Positions 51,805-64,000 of a stretch of DNA of 64,000 nucleotides are shown here, piece by piece; positions within the stretch are counted from its first letter, which is position 1, and every line of letters begins with the position of its first letter. Under the pieces are notes generated by a model. It searched no databases. It worked only from the letters and a program-made list of their open reading frames with translations, and was not told the origin of the DNA. The DNA is from Isurus oxyrinchus (Eukaryota). The DNA lies in contig JANJGN010000035.1 of the NCBI GenBank assembly GCA_026770705.1, positions 6,448,001 through 6,512,000 of the forward strand, written 5' to 3'. Position numbers and translations under genes: made by a program.

Positions 51805-53082
51805 CTAAAAGATATCAAACGCTCAGCATTGAAATTCGACAGATTAGCACTCATGATATTGGCTGACAGTGTGTTTGGCTGATTAAAAAAATAAAATCGA
51901 ATTGCCTCATCGATTTGATGCCTTACAATTTTCATTATATTCCAGCATTTACGGCTGTTCAACAGAATGAATTTTGGACAATAAACCGAACAAATAAATG
52001 TAACTTTACCTATATAAAATGGGGAAGAAATAACAGGCTAATTAGATCGTGTAGCAAATAAAGGATTCCGTTTATAAATGGTGAATAATCGTTTAATCAG
52101 TTCAAACAGGATCTTAGGGCTCAATCTTATAAAATTGTTTCAGAAAACCGTTGACATTCATGGCCCATCGAAGGGTGGGGGAGTTCATTTTCAAAATAAA
52201 TTCGAATTTGCTTGTGCTGAGAGCACACGAAACCCCATGTTAATTGGAACAAACTTGCACGGTTAACAAATCAAATTCCAATGATGTGGAAAATTGGAAT
52301 TTTAAAATAACACCAGGTTAATAGAAGAGAGCAAAAATATAATTTACTTGCATGAACGCAATATCTGATCTTTTTTTCTGGAATGACATCAGAAGCTGAA
52401 ATATTGGACAGTGTTAATGTTATTTAAGGGTGGTGAAATTGTTTCATTTAATCTGATGCATAAGTGGGTGTATATATTCAATTACTTATTTTACCCGAAG
52501 GCAGAAGCAGTCGGAATACCGACCTCATTCTCACAATTAGGGAACATTGAGCTCTGGGAGGTTCTTAGAACAATGGATTCCAAGTTCAGAGGGGAAGAGG
52601 ATATCAAGAGAAATATGATTAGTTGAGCCGTTTTGGCTAGATAAAAGAGATGTCCTGAGACTGGCACTCTGCTGAGAAAAGCTGTTACCTTCAACAGACA
52701 CCCAGTCTCAAGATCACTTTGTTTCCGAACTTCAGTTTCTTCCATAGCAGAGTGAATTAGAAATAAATTCGTGTGGTGTACGATTTGCTAAAGTGACAGC
52801 AGTTTTGCCTTGGGTGACACTACTATGATTTCAGGTTAACCAATCCATAAGGGAGCTGTTGCCGAATTTAATTCCGTGTTTTGTCCAAGTGGATTTGTTT
52901 GGGTGTACATGTATTGTAACACTGTTATGTTGTAATTTTAACCTTGTGTGCATTAGATATATATTTTTTTGTTAATACTTATTTTAACTATGAAACCTTA
53001 AGACTGATTCTAGGACTCTGGGATTCGTATATGTCCCTTCGTTTGCAAAATACAGAAAAAACACAAACAATTAGAAGTGATT

Positions 53083-56000
53083 CCACTTGGGATATGGCTT
53101 GTAGAGCGAATAACTTTGGCTGGAGTCATAAAAAAAAGTGGACTGTTTGCCGAATGTTACATTTCGTTGATCGCTTTCCAGTTTGTGCATACAACGGAAA
53201 AGAGTGCCAGGAGCATGCTGAACTCTGGAGATTTGTGTTGAGCGCTCTAAAAGTTGTTTGATGGAAGTTGCTTCCTGGGTGTAGAATATGAAACTGATGA
53301 GCTTTTGAAAACATTGACAAAAACAACGCAGAATAAATTAGGAGGTAACGTGCAGGTAATAATGAAAGGAAAGACTTTTAAGGCGGGTGTGGTACAAAGT
53401 TTTTGCCACCATTTAAAGACACGAGAATTTTGTGTGCCCCAACAGAAGGTAGAATGAATTCAATTGCGATTGAAGCAGCTTGGTACACAACAGGGGAGGA
53501 CAAGGCAAAAAAAGTGAACGGATGGAAAGAGGGAAGGAAAGAAGGATGCATTGAATGGCATTGGGAGAAAAAAGGAAAAAAAAGAGAAATGTTAAAACGC
53601 AAGATAAGCAAGACAGATGGAGTTAAAAAGTTTAGGGACAAATTGGAATAATGCAGAAATGCAAATACATTTAAAAAATATATTCAATGAAAGAAAGTGC
53701 AGGTAGAAATAGAAAGACAAAGTGTACAATAAATAAAAATCTGATAGCTTGAGTTTGGACATCAAAGGGGGAAGGAGCTCACGCATTAATCCTTGGCTTG
53801 GGAAAAGTTTGGAATAAAGTAAAACAAAAGGGAATAGATAATGATTCAGATGGTGAATTTGATTTGTTTGAAGAATTTTGTTCAACTGACGAATTTCGGT
53901 TAGAACCACAGTTCACATAAGTTGGAGTTGAAATATACTTGACCTCCTTTGAAAGATAGCTAGGAAAGTGAATTACTCCAGAAATGCTTGATCTTTACTG
54001 TTAAAGATAGTTTTATCAGGTATAGCAATTAATGTGAAGCTAGCTTATGAGAGGAGCAATCAACAGACTATGAAGCCATCAACAAGGTCATACCAACTCC
54101 TTAGGAGTTTGTCCCGTATGAAGCTTCTGAGTGTAAGAAAGCGACATAACGAGAAATTTAGAGGGTTTGAAACCATATTGCTGTAAATATCAATACATAT
54201 TTAGATGACAGACAGGTTTAAGATATGAACGAAAGTGCTTACTTAGCCAATATTTATGGTGGCTCAAACTACGGTTGAGTGATGGGGAAAGGTCATGTGG
54301 CGCTCAGATAGTGAATTAGGTGTATATGATAATTGGTGATGGTAAAAATGTTAGCCAGCTGAAATAAGCCAGCTGAACAAACATCAGCCTGCAATAGAAG
54401 GAAATCTAGAACCCATAGGTGGAGGAAGAAAGGTATATGTTACAATTTGAAAAATGTTGGACATGCAACGACAAACTATTGGAGGATAAAAGTGCAACCC
54501 ATTGCAATGATTGAAACTAAGAAGAGTTCGACAAGTAAAAGTTCTGTGCGCTCTGAGAAGCAAGTGTAAGGCAGTCCAGACGCCTTTTATAATGGTGAAA
54601 AATAAAGAATCAGTTTTGGTAGAGAGGTGGGAATGCGCACACAACCTACCCAAGAAAGTTCTGAAAAGCAAGTTACAAAGATGTTTAAAGATGGCATATG
54701 CCATGGGAGAGTATATCGTTGTGATAGAGGAATTGCAGAATAGAACATTAAGGCCTTAAGAATACTGGGACTAACTATTCATTATTCATATGGCATCGTG
54801 CCATTTCCTGTTCATGTTGATTATTGTTGGAGAAAGTGATAGTTCCTGGAATACATGGTGGTGGTGACCGCAGGCCTTGGTGACTGGTGGGCGGGGTGTG
54901 GGGTGATGAAGTTCAAGGACATTTCGATAGATAAAGTAAACTAAGCAATAAAAAAAACAAGGAAATTGAAATCAGTAGAGGTTTGTCCTGCTTTATTAGA
55001 GAAATTTCGCATTGCATATCTTCGAATTATTATAAGAAATGTAATGGCTGGATCACAAATATTGATTTTGATAACTGGAGTAAAGGTACCTTAAAGCTGC
55101 ATTAAATTGAGGCTTTTCAGAAATAGCATTCTGGGTTGCTTCCAGATTGTGAGGTGACGAGTTCATAGATACACACACTTAAACAGGAAGGGAAAGAGTA
55201 CAAAATACAGTTCGAGGAGTCTCATGATCATTTGAGCGGATATTTCTTTGATAATATGAAATCAGTAGTATACGTTGGCGAGGTATGAAGATGAATCGTT
55301 AAGTTCCTTAAAGTAAGTGGAGTTACAGCAGCAGAATGCACGTTTAAAGCTGTTATGGCAGAAAGATTTTTTTTCAGAAACGAAAGCGGAATGGTTTCCA
55401 GGGTTTAACTACCGTAAAAACAATGTGTTAATGAAGAAATGGAGACTAATTCATGTCGCAGCAGTGGGCACAAGTGGATTAAATTGTGATAACATCTGGG
55501 AAGCAGAATGGAATTCTGGGAACTGCTCATGAAATGTCAAATGAAGAGCATTTATGATTTACGAAAACTCAAGCAATGATGCAAGAAAAAATAATCTATT
55601 GACCTCGATAAAATAAAGATGTAGTTAAAGTCTATCAAACATGTAACACATGTCAAGTGATATGGAGGTCTCAAACTTAATTAAAGCTGCGCCTTTAGTT
55701 CCAATTCCAGCAATTAAGGAAGCTTTTATCAGGATCTCCTTTAATTGTGTATGACCCCTCCATAAGTCTAAACATTGAAATCACTAACTAATGACAATCT
55801 TGGATGTGCCTTTGAGAATTTCAGAAGCAAACCCTCTAGGAAGAAATACAGCAAATTTGATTTTGGAGGTTATGAGCAAATTATTTGCATGATACGGTTA
55901 GGAAAATAAATACAATCGCATGAGCAGTCGAATTTCATGTCATAGCTGGTTAGACGAGTACTGAAAAGACAGTCTAGGAATAATCCAATTCAGAATATAA

Positions 56001-57225
56001 AACTTCTGCCGTGGATCAGAATGCCTGTTTTAAAGCTAGCATTATACTTGGAGGACAATGATCTGATGCACATATTCAAGACAACCCACATGTTTGTAAT
56101 GGAGTGATTGGATTCTTGTTGCTTTCTATTTGGGGCACCCCTAATGAATCAATAGGGTTCTGTCTTTTCCAATTAACTGATAAACATGAAGTAAGAGGGC
56201 ATTTCAAATTGATTCAGGAGAAATTAGTAAACCAATGCACTGAAAAACATTTCCGGCACTAGGTGGCTAAATTCCTAGAACGATTGATTTTTGCATGTGA
56301 ACTAGCTAGGTAACTTGTAAAGATATCACTTTAAATGATGAAATCAAATTTGGGCAATAGGGCAAAGGCTCGCTGTTCTGTGCCTGAGGCCATTTTGTTA
56401 TCTTTGTTGCTCGTTTTAGGACGACCATTATTAGCAATGTGTAGATGATATTAAGAGGTTCAAAAGAGTTTCACTGCGTGGAACTGCACAGTTAATGCCC
56501 AAGGTAGAACGATTTGGCAAAGAATGTGTCATGCAAATATGCTAATAGCGTACTTTGCCAGATAGGATAAGCAGAAATAGATATTGGTAGTGGTAAGTAA
56601 GGAGAAGGAAGCAGAAATTAGAAATTCTGAAATTGACTTGCCACTGATTACATTGGCAAATGAAAAAGTATTTAGAAATGTAAAAGTGATTATCAGTTAC
56701 ATTCCACAAAACTGCCAAAGTGATTTACTAGAACTATTGCAATCACACGAAGCAATTTCTGGAATCAGACCCGGAAATAAAAAAGAAAAACATAACTTTG
56801 CATGATGATGACATGGGGATTTATTTTTCAATAAGGCAACACTCATATAGATTAAATACAGGAAAATGGACTCGAGTGCGAAGAGATGTTGAATTTGTGC
56901 TTCAGAATGACATAATCGAGCCAATCAAAGTACCTGAAATTCTCTCAATGCAATGGTCTCAAGGCCGGATGAATGATTAAGGCTATGTATTGTATACCGG
57001 AAAGTTAATGTAGTAACAGAGACGAGCACATATCCTATTCAACAATTGACGTTTGAATCGAGCTTGTGGAGGAATCAGCGTTAGTCCCAAAAGTTGACTC
57101 GCTTCGAGGACATGGTCAAGTGCACTTGTCAGAAGTGTCATAAGAGTTATCAGCTTTGGTGACGCCAAGTTTTTTCTATTAACGTGATGTAATGCCGTAG
57201 GAATGAAAAATGCTGAAACAATAAT
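53083..57225 (+). mobile_element. Gmr1-like Gypsy remnant 5
   Basis: Colinear and very similar to remnants 4 and 6. Confidence 0.88.
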
Positions 57226-57273
57226 TCATATAATACTCCTGGAAATATCAGTTCAAGATAAAAGTACGCTCAC

Positions 57274-57615
57274 CCAACATTCACTCCCTTAAGTCTGTGA
57301 GCTGTCCTCCAGCCATCTCAACAGGCACCTTCTCACTCCTCTCAGTTCGTGCCATCAGATCGTTTATTTCCTTGGGACTCAGATGACCTGAGAAACGCCG
57401 TACCAAATTCTTAACCTGTACCCGTCTTTGAGGTGTCATTTCGCAGTCGGATGGCTTCTGGCGGCATTCGCTTGTGTTATCAGGCATGGTGTTTACCTCG
57501 CCCCGTTTTTCACAATTAACATTTTGCTTTGTCGTTTCTAATGTTATTTTTCTCTTGCCGGGTCTCACATTCCAGTCCTCAGGCATGGTGGCTTCACACG
57601 AATAAACTTTATGAT
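57274..57615 (-). pseudogene. Array exon A copy 6 (342 nt; splice sites intact; CGA>TGA near the end)
   Basis: cttttag|AT CAT AAA GTT...GAG TGA ATG TTG G|gtgagc. Confidence 0.65.
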
Positions 57616-58872
57616 CTAAAAGATATCAAACGCTCAGCATTGAAATTCGACCGATTAGCACTCATGCTATTGGTTGACAGTGTGTTTGGCTGATTAAAAA
57701 AAAAATCTAATTGCCTCATTGCTTTGATGCCTTACAATTTTCATTATATTCAACAGAATGAATTTTGGACAATAAACCAAACAAATAAATGTAACTTTAC
57801 CTATATAAAATGGGGAAGAAATAACAGGCTAATTAGATCGTGTAGGAAATAAGGGATTCCGTTTATAAATGGTGAATAATCGTTTGATCAGTTCAAACAG
57901 GATCTTAGGGCTCAATCTTAACAAATTGTTTCAGAAACCCATTGACATACATGGCCCATCGAAGGGTGGGGGAGTTCATTTTTAAAATAAATTCGAATTT
58001 GCTTGTGCTGAGAGCACACGAAACCCCATGTTAATTGGAACAAACTTGCACAGTTAACAAATCAAATTCCAATGATGTGGAAAATTGGAATTTTAAAATA
58101 ACACCAGGTTAATAGAAGAGAGCAAAAATATAATTTACTTGCATGAACGCAATATCTGATTTTTTTTTTCTGGAATGACATCAGAAGCTGAAATATTGGA
58201 CACTGTTAATGTTATTTAAGGGTGGTGAAATTATTTCATTTAATCTGATGCATAACTGGGTCTATATATTCATTTACTTATTTTACCCGAAGGCAGAAGC
58301 AGTCGGAATACCGACCTCATTCTCACAATTAGGGAACATTGAGCTCAGGGAGGTTCTTAGAAGAATGCATTCCAAGTTCATAGGGGAAGAGGGTATTAAG
58401 AGAAATATGATTATTTGAGCCGTCTTGGCTAGATAACAGAGATGTCCTGAGACCGGCAGTCTGCTGAGAAAAGCTGTTATTTTCAACAGACACCCAGTCT
58501 TAAGATCACTTTGTTTCCGAACTTCCGTTGCTTCCACAGCAGAGTGAATTAGAAATAAATTCGTGTGGTGTACGATTTGCTAAAGTGACAGCAGTTTTGC
58601 CTTCGGTGATACTACTATGTTTTCAGGTTAACCAATCCGTAAGGGAGCTGTTGTCGAATTTAATTGCGTGTTTTGACCAAGTGGATTTGTCTGGGTGTAC
58701 AAGTATTGTAACACTGTTATGTTGTAATTTTAACCTTGTGTGCATTAGAAATATTTTTTTTGTTAATACTTATTTTAACTATGAAACCTTAAGACTGATT
58801 CAAGGACTCTGGGATTCGTATATGTCCCTTCCTTTGCAAAATACAGAAAAAGCACAAACAATTAGAAGTGTT

Positions 58873-61800
58873 TCCACTTGGGATATGGCTTGTAGAGCGA
58901 ATAACTTTGGCGGGAGTCATAAAAAAAAGTGGACTGTTTGCCGGATATTACGTTTCGTTGATCGCTTTCCAGTTTGTGCATACAACGGACATGAGTGCCA
59001 GGAGCATGCTGAACTCTGGTGATTTGTGTTGAGCGCTCTAAAAGTTGTTTGATGGAAGTTGCTTTCTGGGTGTAGAATATGAGACTGATGAGCTTTTGAA
59101 AACATTGACAAAAACAACGCAGAATAAATTAGGAGGTAACGTGCAGGTAATAATGAAAGGAAAGACTTGTAAGGCAGGTATGGTACAAAGTTTTTGCCAC
59201 CATTTAAAGACACGAGAATTTTGTGTGCCCCAACAGAAGGTAGAATGAATTCAATTGCGATTGAAGCAGCTTGGGATACAAAAAGGGAGCACAAGGCAAA
59301 AAAAGTGAACGGAAGGAAAGAGGGAAGGAAAGAAGGATGCATTGAATGGCATTGGGAGAAAAAAGAAAAAAAAAAGAGAAATGTTAAAACGCAAGACAAG
59401 CAAGACAGATGGAGTTAAAAAGTTTAGGGACAAATTGAAATAAACAGAAATGCAAATACATTTAAAATTGTATATTCAATGAAAGAAAGTGCAGGAAGAA
59501 AAAGAAAGACAAAGTGTACAATAAATAAAAATCTGGTAGCTTGAGTTTGGACATCAAAGGGGGAAGGAATTAACGTATTAATCCTTGGCTTGGGAATAGT
59601 TTGGAATAAAATAAAACAGAAGGGAATAGATAGTGATTCAGATGGTGAATTTGATTTGTTTGAAGAATTTGGTTCAACTGACGAATTTCGGTTAGAACCA
59701 CAGTTCAAAAAAGTTGGAGTTGAAATATACTTGACCTCCTTTGAAAGATAGCTAGGAACGTGAATTACTCCAGAAATGCTTGATCTTTACTGTTAAAGAT
59801 AGTTTTATCAGGTATAGCAATTAATGTGAAGCTAGCTTATGAGAGGAGCAATCAGCAGACTATGAAGCCATCAACAAGGTCATACCAACTGCTTAGGAGT
59901 TTGTCCGGTATGAAGCTTCTGAGTGTAAGAAAGCGACATAACGAGAAATTTAGAGGGTTTGAAACCATATTGCTGTAAATATCAATACATATTTAGATGA
60001 CAGACAGGTTTAAGATATGAACGAAAGTGCTTACTTAGCTAATATTTATGGTGGCTCAAACTACAGTTAAGTGATGGGGAAAGGTCATGTGGCGCTCAGA
60101 TAGTGAATTAGGTGTATATGATAATTAGTGATGGTCAAAATGTTAGTAACAATAAGCCAGCTGAACAAACATCAGCCTGCAATAGAAGGAAATCTAGAAC
60201 CCATAGGTGGTGGAAGAAAAGTATATGTTACAATTTGAAAAATGTTGGACATGCAACGACAAACTATTGGAGGATAAAGGTGCAACCCATTGCAATGATT
60301 GAAACTAAGAAGAGTTCGACAAGTAAAAGTTCTGTGCGCTCTGAGAAGCTAGTGTAAGGCAGTCCAGAGGCCTTTTATAATGGTGAAAAATAAAGAATCA
60401 GTTTTGGTAGAGAGGTGGGAATGCGCACACAACCTACCCAAGAAAGTTCTGAAAAGCAAGTTACAAAGATGTTTAAAGATGACATATGCCATGGGAGAGT
60501 ATATCGTTGTGATAGAGGAATTGCAGAATAGAACATTAAGGCCTTAAGAATACTGGGACTAACTATTCATTATTCATATGGCATCGTGTCATTTCCTGTT
60601 CATGTTGGTTATTGTTGGAGAAAGTGCTAGTTCTGGAATACATGGTGGTGGTGACCGCAGGCCTTGGGGAGGGGTGGGCGGGGTGTGGGGTGATGAAGTT
60701 CAAGGACATTTCGATAGATAAAGTAAACTAAGCAATAAAAAAAACAAGGAAATTGAAATCAGTAGAGGTTTGTCCTGCTTTATTAGAGAAATTTCGCATT
60801 GCATATCTTCGAATTATTATAAGAAATGTAATGGCTGGATCACAAATATTGATTTTGATAACTGGAGTAAAGGTACCTTAAAGCTGCATTAAATTGAGGC
60901 TTTTCAGAAATAGCATTCCGGGTTGCTTCCAGATTGTGAGATGACGAGTTCATAGATACACATACTTAAACAGGAAGGGAAAGAGTACAAAATACAGTTC
61001 GAGGAGTCACATGATCATTTGAGCGGATATTTCTTTGATAATATGAATTAGTATTATACGTTGGCGAGGTATGAAGATGAATCGTTAAGTTCCTTAAAGT
61101 ATGTGGATTTACAGCAGCAGAGTGTTCGTTTAAAGCTGTTATGAGAGAAAGATTTTTTTTCAGAAGCGGAATGGTTTCCAGGGTTTAACTACCGTAAAAA
61201 CAATGTGTTAATGAAGAAATGGAGACCAATTCATGTCGCAGCAGTGGGCACAAGTGGATTAAATTGTGATAACATCTGGGAAGCAGAATGGAATTCTGGG
61301 AACTGCTCATGAAATGTCAATGGAAGAGCATTTATGATTTACGAAAACTCAAGCAAAGATGTAAGAAAAAATAATCTATTGACCTCGATAACATAAAGAT
61401 GTAGTTAAAGTCTATCAAAAATGTCACACATGTCAAGTGATATGGAGGTCTCAAACATTAATTAAAGCTGTGCCTTTAATTCCAATTCCAGCAATTAAGG
61501 AAGCTTTTATCAGGAACTTCGTTTAATGTGTATGACCCCTCCATAAGTCTAAACATTGAATTCACTAATTAATGACAATATTGGATGTGCCTTTGAGAAA
61601 TTCAGAAGCAAACCCTCTAGGGAGAAGTACAGCCAAGTGGATTTTGGAGGTGATGACCAAATTATTTGCATGACATGGTTAGGAAAATAAATACAATCGC
61701 ATGAGCATTCGAATTCCATGGCATAGCTGGTTAGACGAGTACGGAAAAGACAGTCTAGGAATAATGCAATTCACAATATAAAACTTCCGTGGTGGATCAG

Positions 61801-63000
61801 AATGCCTGTTTTAAAGCTAGCATTATACTTGGAGGACAATGATCTGATGCACATAGTCAAGACAACCCACATGTTTGTAATTGGGTGATTGGATTGTTGT
61901 TGCTTGCTATTTGGGGCTCCCCTAATGAATCAATAGGGTTCTGTCTTTTCCAATTAACTGATAAACATGAAGCAAGAGGGCATTTCAAATTGATTCAGGA
62001 GAAATTAGTAAACCAACGCACTGAAAAACATTTCCAGGACTAGGTGGCTAAAGTCCTAGAACGATTGATTTTTGCATGTGAACTGACTAGGTAACTTTTA
62101 AAGATATCACGTTAAATGATGAAATCAAATTTGGCCAATAGGGCAAAGGCTCGCTGTTCTGTGCCTGAGGCCATGGTATTATCATTGTTGCTCGTTTTAG
62201 GACGACCATGATTAGCAATGTGTCGATGATATTAAGAGATTCAAAAGAGTTTGAGTGTGTGGAACTACGCAGTTAATGCCCAAGGTAGAAGGATTTGACA
62301 AAGAATGTGCCATGCAAACATGCTAACAGCGTACTTTGCCAGATAGGATAAGCAGAAATAGATATTGGTAGTGGTAAATAAGGAGAAGGAAGCAGAAATT
62401 AGAAATTCTGAAATTGACGTCGCACTGATTACATTGGCCAATGAAAAAGTATTTAGAAATGTAAAATTGATAATCAGTTACATTCCAGGAAACTGCCAAA
62501 GTGATTTCCCAGAACTGTTGCAATCACACGAAGCTATTTCTGGAATCAGACCCGGAAATAAAAAAAAACATAACTTTGCATGATGATAACATGGGGAATT
62601 ATTTTTCAATAAGGCAACACTCATATAGATTAAATACAGGAAAATGGAGAGTGCGGAGAAATGTTGAATTTGTGCTTGAGAATGACATAATCGAGCCCAA
62701 TCAAAGTACCTGAAATTCTCTCAATGCAATGGTCCCAAGGCCGGATGAATGATTAAGGCTATGTATAGATTACCGGAAAGTTAATGTAGTAACAGAGGCG
62801 AGCACATATCCTATTCAACAATTGATGTTTGAATCGAGCTTGTGGGGGAATCAGCATTAGTCCCAAAAGTTCACTCGCTTCGAGGACATGGTCAAGTGCA
62901 CTTGTCAGAAGTGTCATCAGAGGTATCAGCTTTGGTGACGCCAGGTGTTTTCTATTAACGTGAAGTAATGCCGTAGGAATGAAAAATGCTTAGACAATAA
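58873..63000 (+). mobile_element. Gmr1-like Gypsy remnant 6
   Basis: Colinear. IRQHSYRLN...ENDIIEPNQS in ORF 62501..62713. Confidence 0.88.
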
Positions 63001-63049
63001 TTCATAAAATACTCCTGGAAATATCAGTTCAAGATAAAAGTACGCTCAC

Positions 63050-63391
63050 CAAACATTCGCTCCCTTAAGTCTGTGAGCTGTCTTCCAGCCATCTCAACAG
63101 GCACCTTGTCACTCCTCTCAGTTCGTGCTATCAGATCATTTATTTCCTTGGGACTCCGATGACCTGAGAAAAGCCATACCAATTTCTTGAACGGTACCCG
63201 TCTTTGAGTTGACATTTCGCAATCGGATGGCTTCTGGCGGCATTCGCTTGTGTTATCAGGCATGGTGTTCACCTCGCCCTGTTTTTCACAATTAACATTT
63301 TGCTTTGCCGTGTCTAATGGTATTTTTCTGTTGCCGGGTCTCACATTCCAGTCCTCAGGCATGGTGGCTTCACACGAATAAAGTTTATGAT
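63050..63391 (-). CDS. Array exon A copy 7: open 342-nt phase 1-1 exon with both splice sites intact (product unknown)
   Basis: gatatcttttag|AT CAT AAA CTT TAT TCG TGT GAA GCC ACC ATG CCT...CGA ATG TTT G|gtgagc. 114 codons, no stop. Expression not demonstrated. Confidence 0.4.
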
Positions 63392-64000
63392 CTAAAAGAT
63401 ATCAAACGCTCAGCATTGAAATTCGACCGATTAGCACTCATGCTATTGGCTGACAGTGTGTTTGGCTGATTAAAAAAATAAAATCTAATTGCCTCATCGA
63501 ATTGATGCCTTCCAATTTTCATTATATTCCAGCATTTACAGCTCTTCAACAGAAAGAATTTTGGACACGAAATCGAACAAATAAATGTAACTTTACCTAT
63601 ATAAAATGGAGAAGAAATAACAGGCTAATTACATCGTGTAGGAAATAAAGGATTCCGTTTATAAATGGTGAATAATCATTTAATCAGTTCAAACAGGATC
63701 TTAGGGCTCAATCTTATAAAATTGTTTCAGAAACCCGTTGAAATCCCCCATCGAAGGGTGGGGGAGTTCGTTTTTAAAATAAAATCGAATTTGCATGTGC
63801 TGAGAGCACACGAAACCCCATGTTAATTGGAACAAACGTGCACGTGTGTCAGTGAGGAGCATAACATAACGTTAACAAATCAAATTCCAATGATGTGGAA
63901 AATTGGAATTTTTAAATAACACCAGGTTAGTAGAAGAGAGCAAAAATATACTTTGCTTGCATGAACGCAATAACTGATCTTTTTTTCTGGAATGACATCA

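Larger units (their letters stand above)
27983..64000. repeat. Tandem array (macrosatellite) of a ~5.8 kb unit; 6 full units plus a partial 7th, continuing past the window
   Basis: Marker gagcccaatcaaa (or a close variant) recurs at ~28021, 33198, 39029, 45317, 51109, 56920 and 62696, giving periods of ~5177, 5831, 6288, 5792, 5811 and 5776. The units are colinear throughout. Confidence 0.97.

Noticed and set aside
47290-59399. Longer ORFs 47290..47784, 58528..59022 and 58917..59399 as genes
   Set aside because: They are antisense to purine-rich gag or overlap exon B, and are not open in the homologous position of most other units.
30200-62720. Functional or domesticated gag/integrase genes in the array
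   Set aside because: Every copy is broken by many stops and frameshifts, no plus-strand gag/pol ORF reaches 100 aa, and RT is truncated.
1-64000. CRISPR arrays, tRNA/rRNA genes or prokaryotic systems
   Set aside because: No short repeat-spacer periodicity, no RNA gene structure beyond a decayed SINE head, and no operon-like ORF density.

Overview
AT-rich, repeat-dense vertebrate DNA, most likely from a cartilaginous fish (inferred from recalled CR1, Penelope and Gmr1-type repeat families). It has no intact protein-coding gene, RNA gene or CRISPR array. Left part (1 to ~28 kb): decayed CR1/L2-type LINEs, a SINE, Penelope-like fragments and a probable solo LTR. Between them lie more than a dozen minus-strand exon-like segments with splice signals. 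Most are phase-1/phase-1, many are exact multiples of 3 nt, and most carry stops or frameshifts. I read them as a large, unidentified, decaying multi-exon gene. Right part (~27,983 to the window end): a head-to-tail array of a ~5.8 kb unit, with 6 complete units and the start of a 7th. Each unit has a dead plus-strand Gmr1-like Gypsy remnant (LTR end, gag, protease, integrase, partial RT) and ~1.7 kb of host sequence with minus-strand exons. One of these is a 342-nt symmetric exon that has no frameshift in any of its 7 copies. All coordinates and translations were worked out by hand; no database search was possible.
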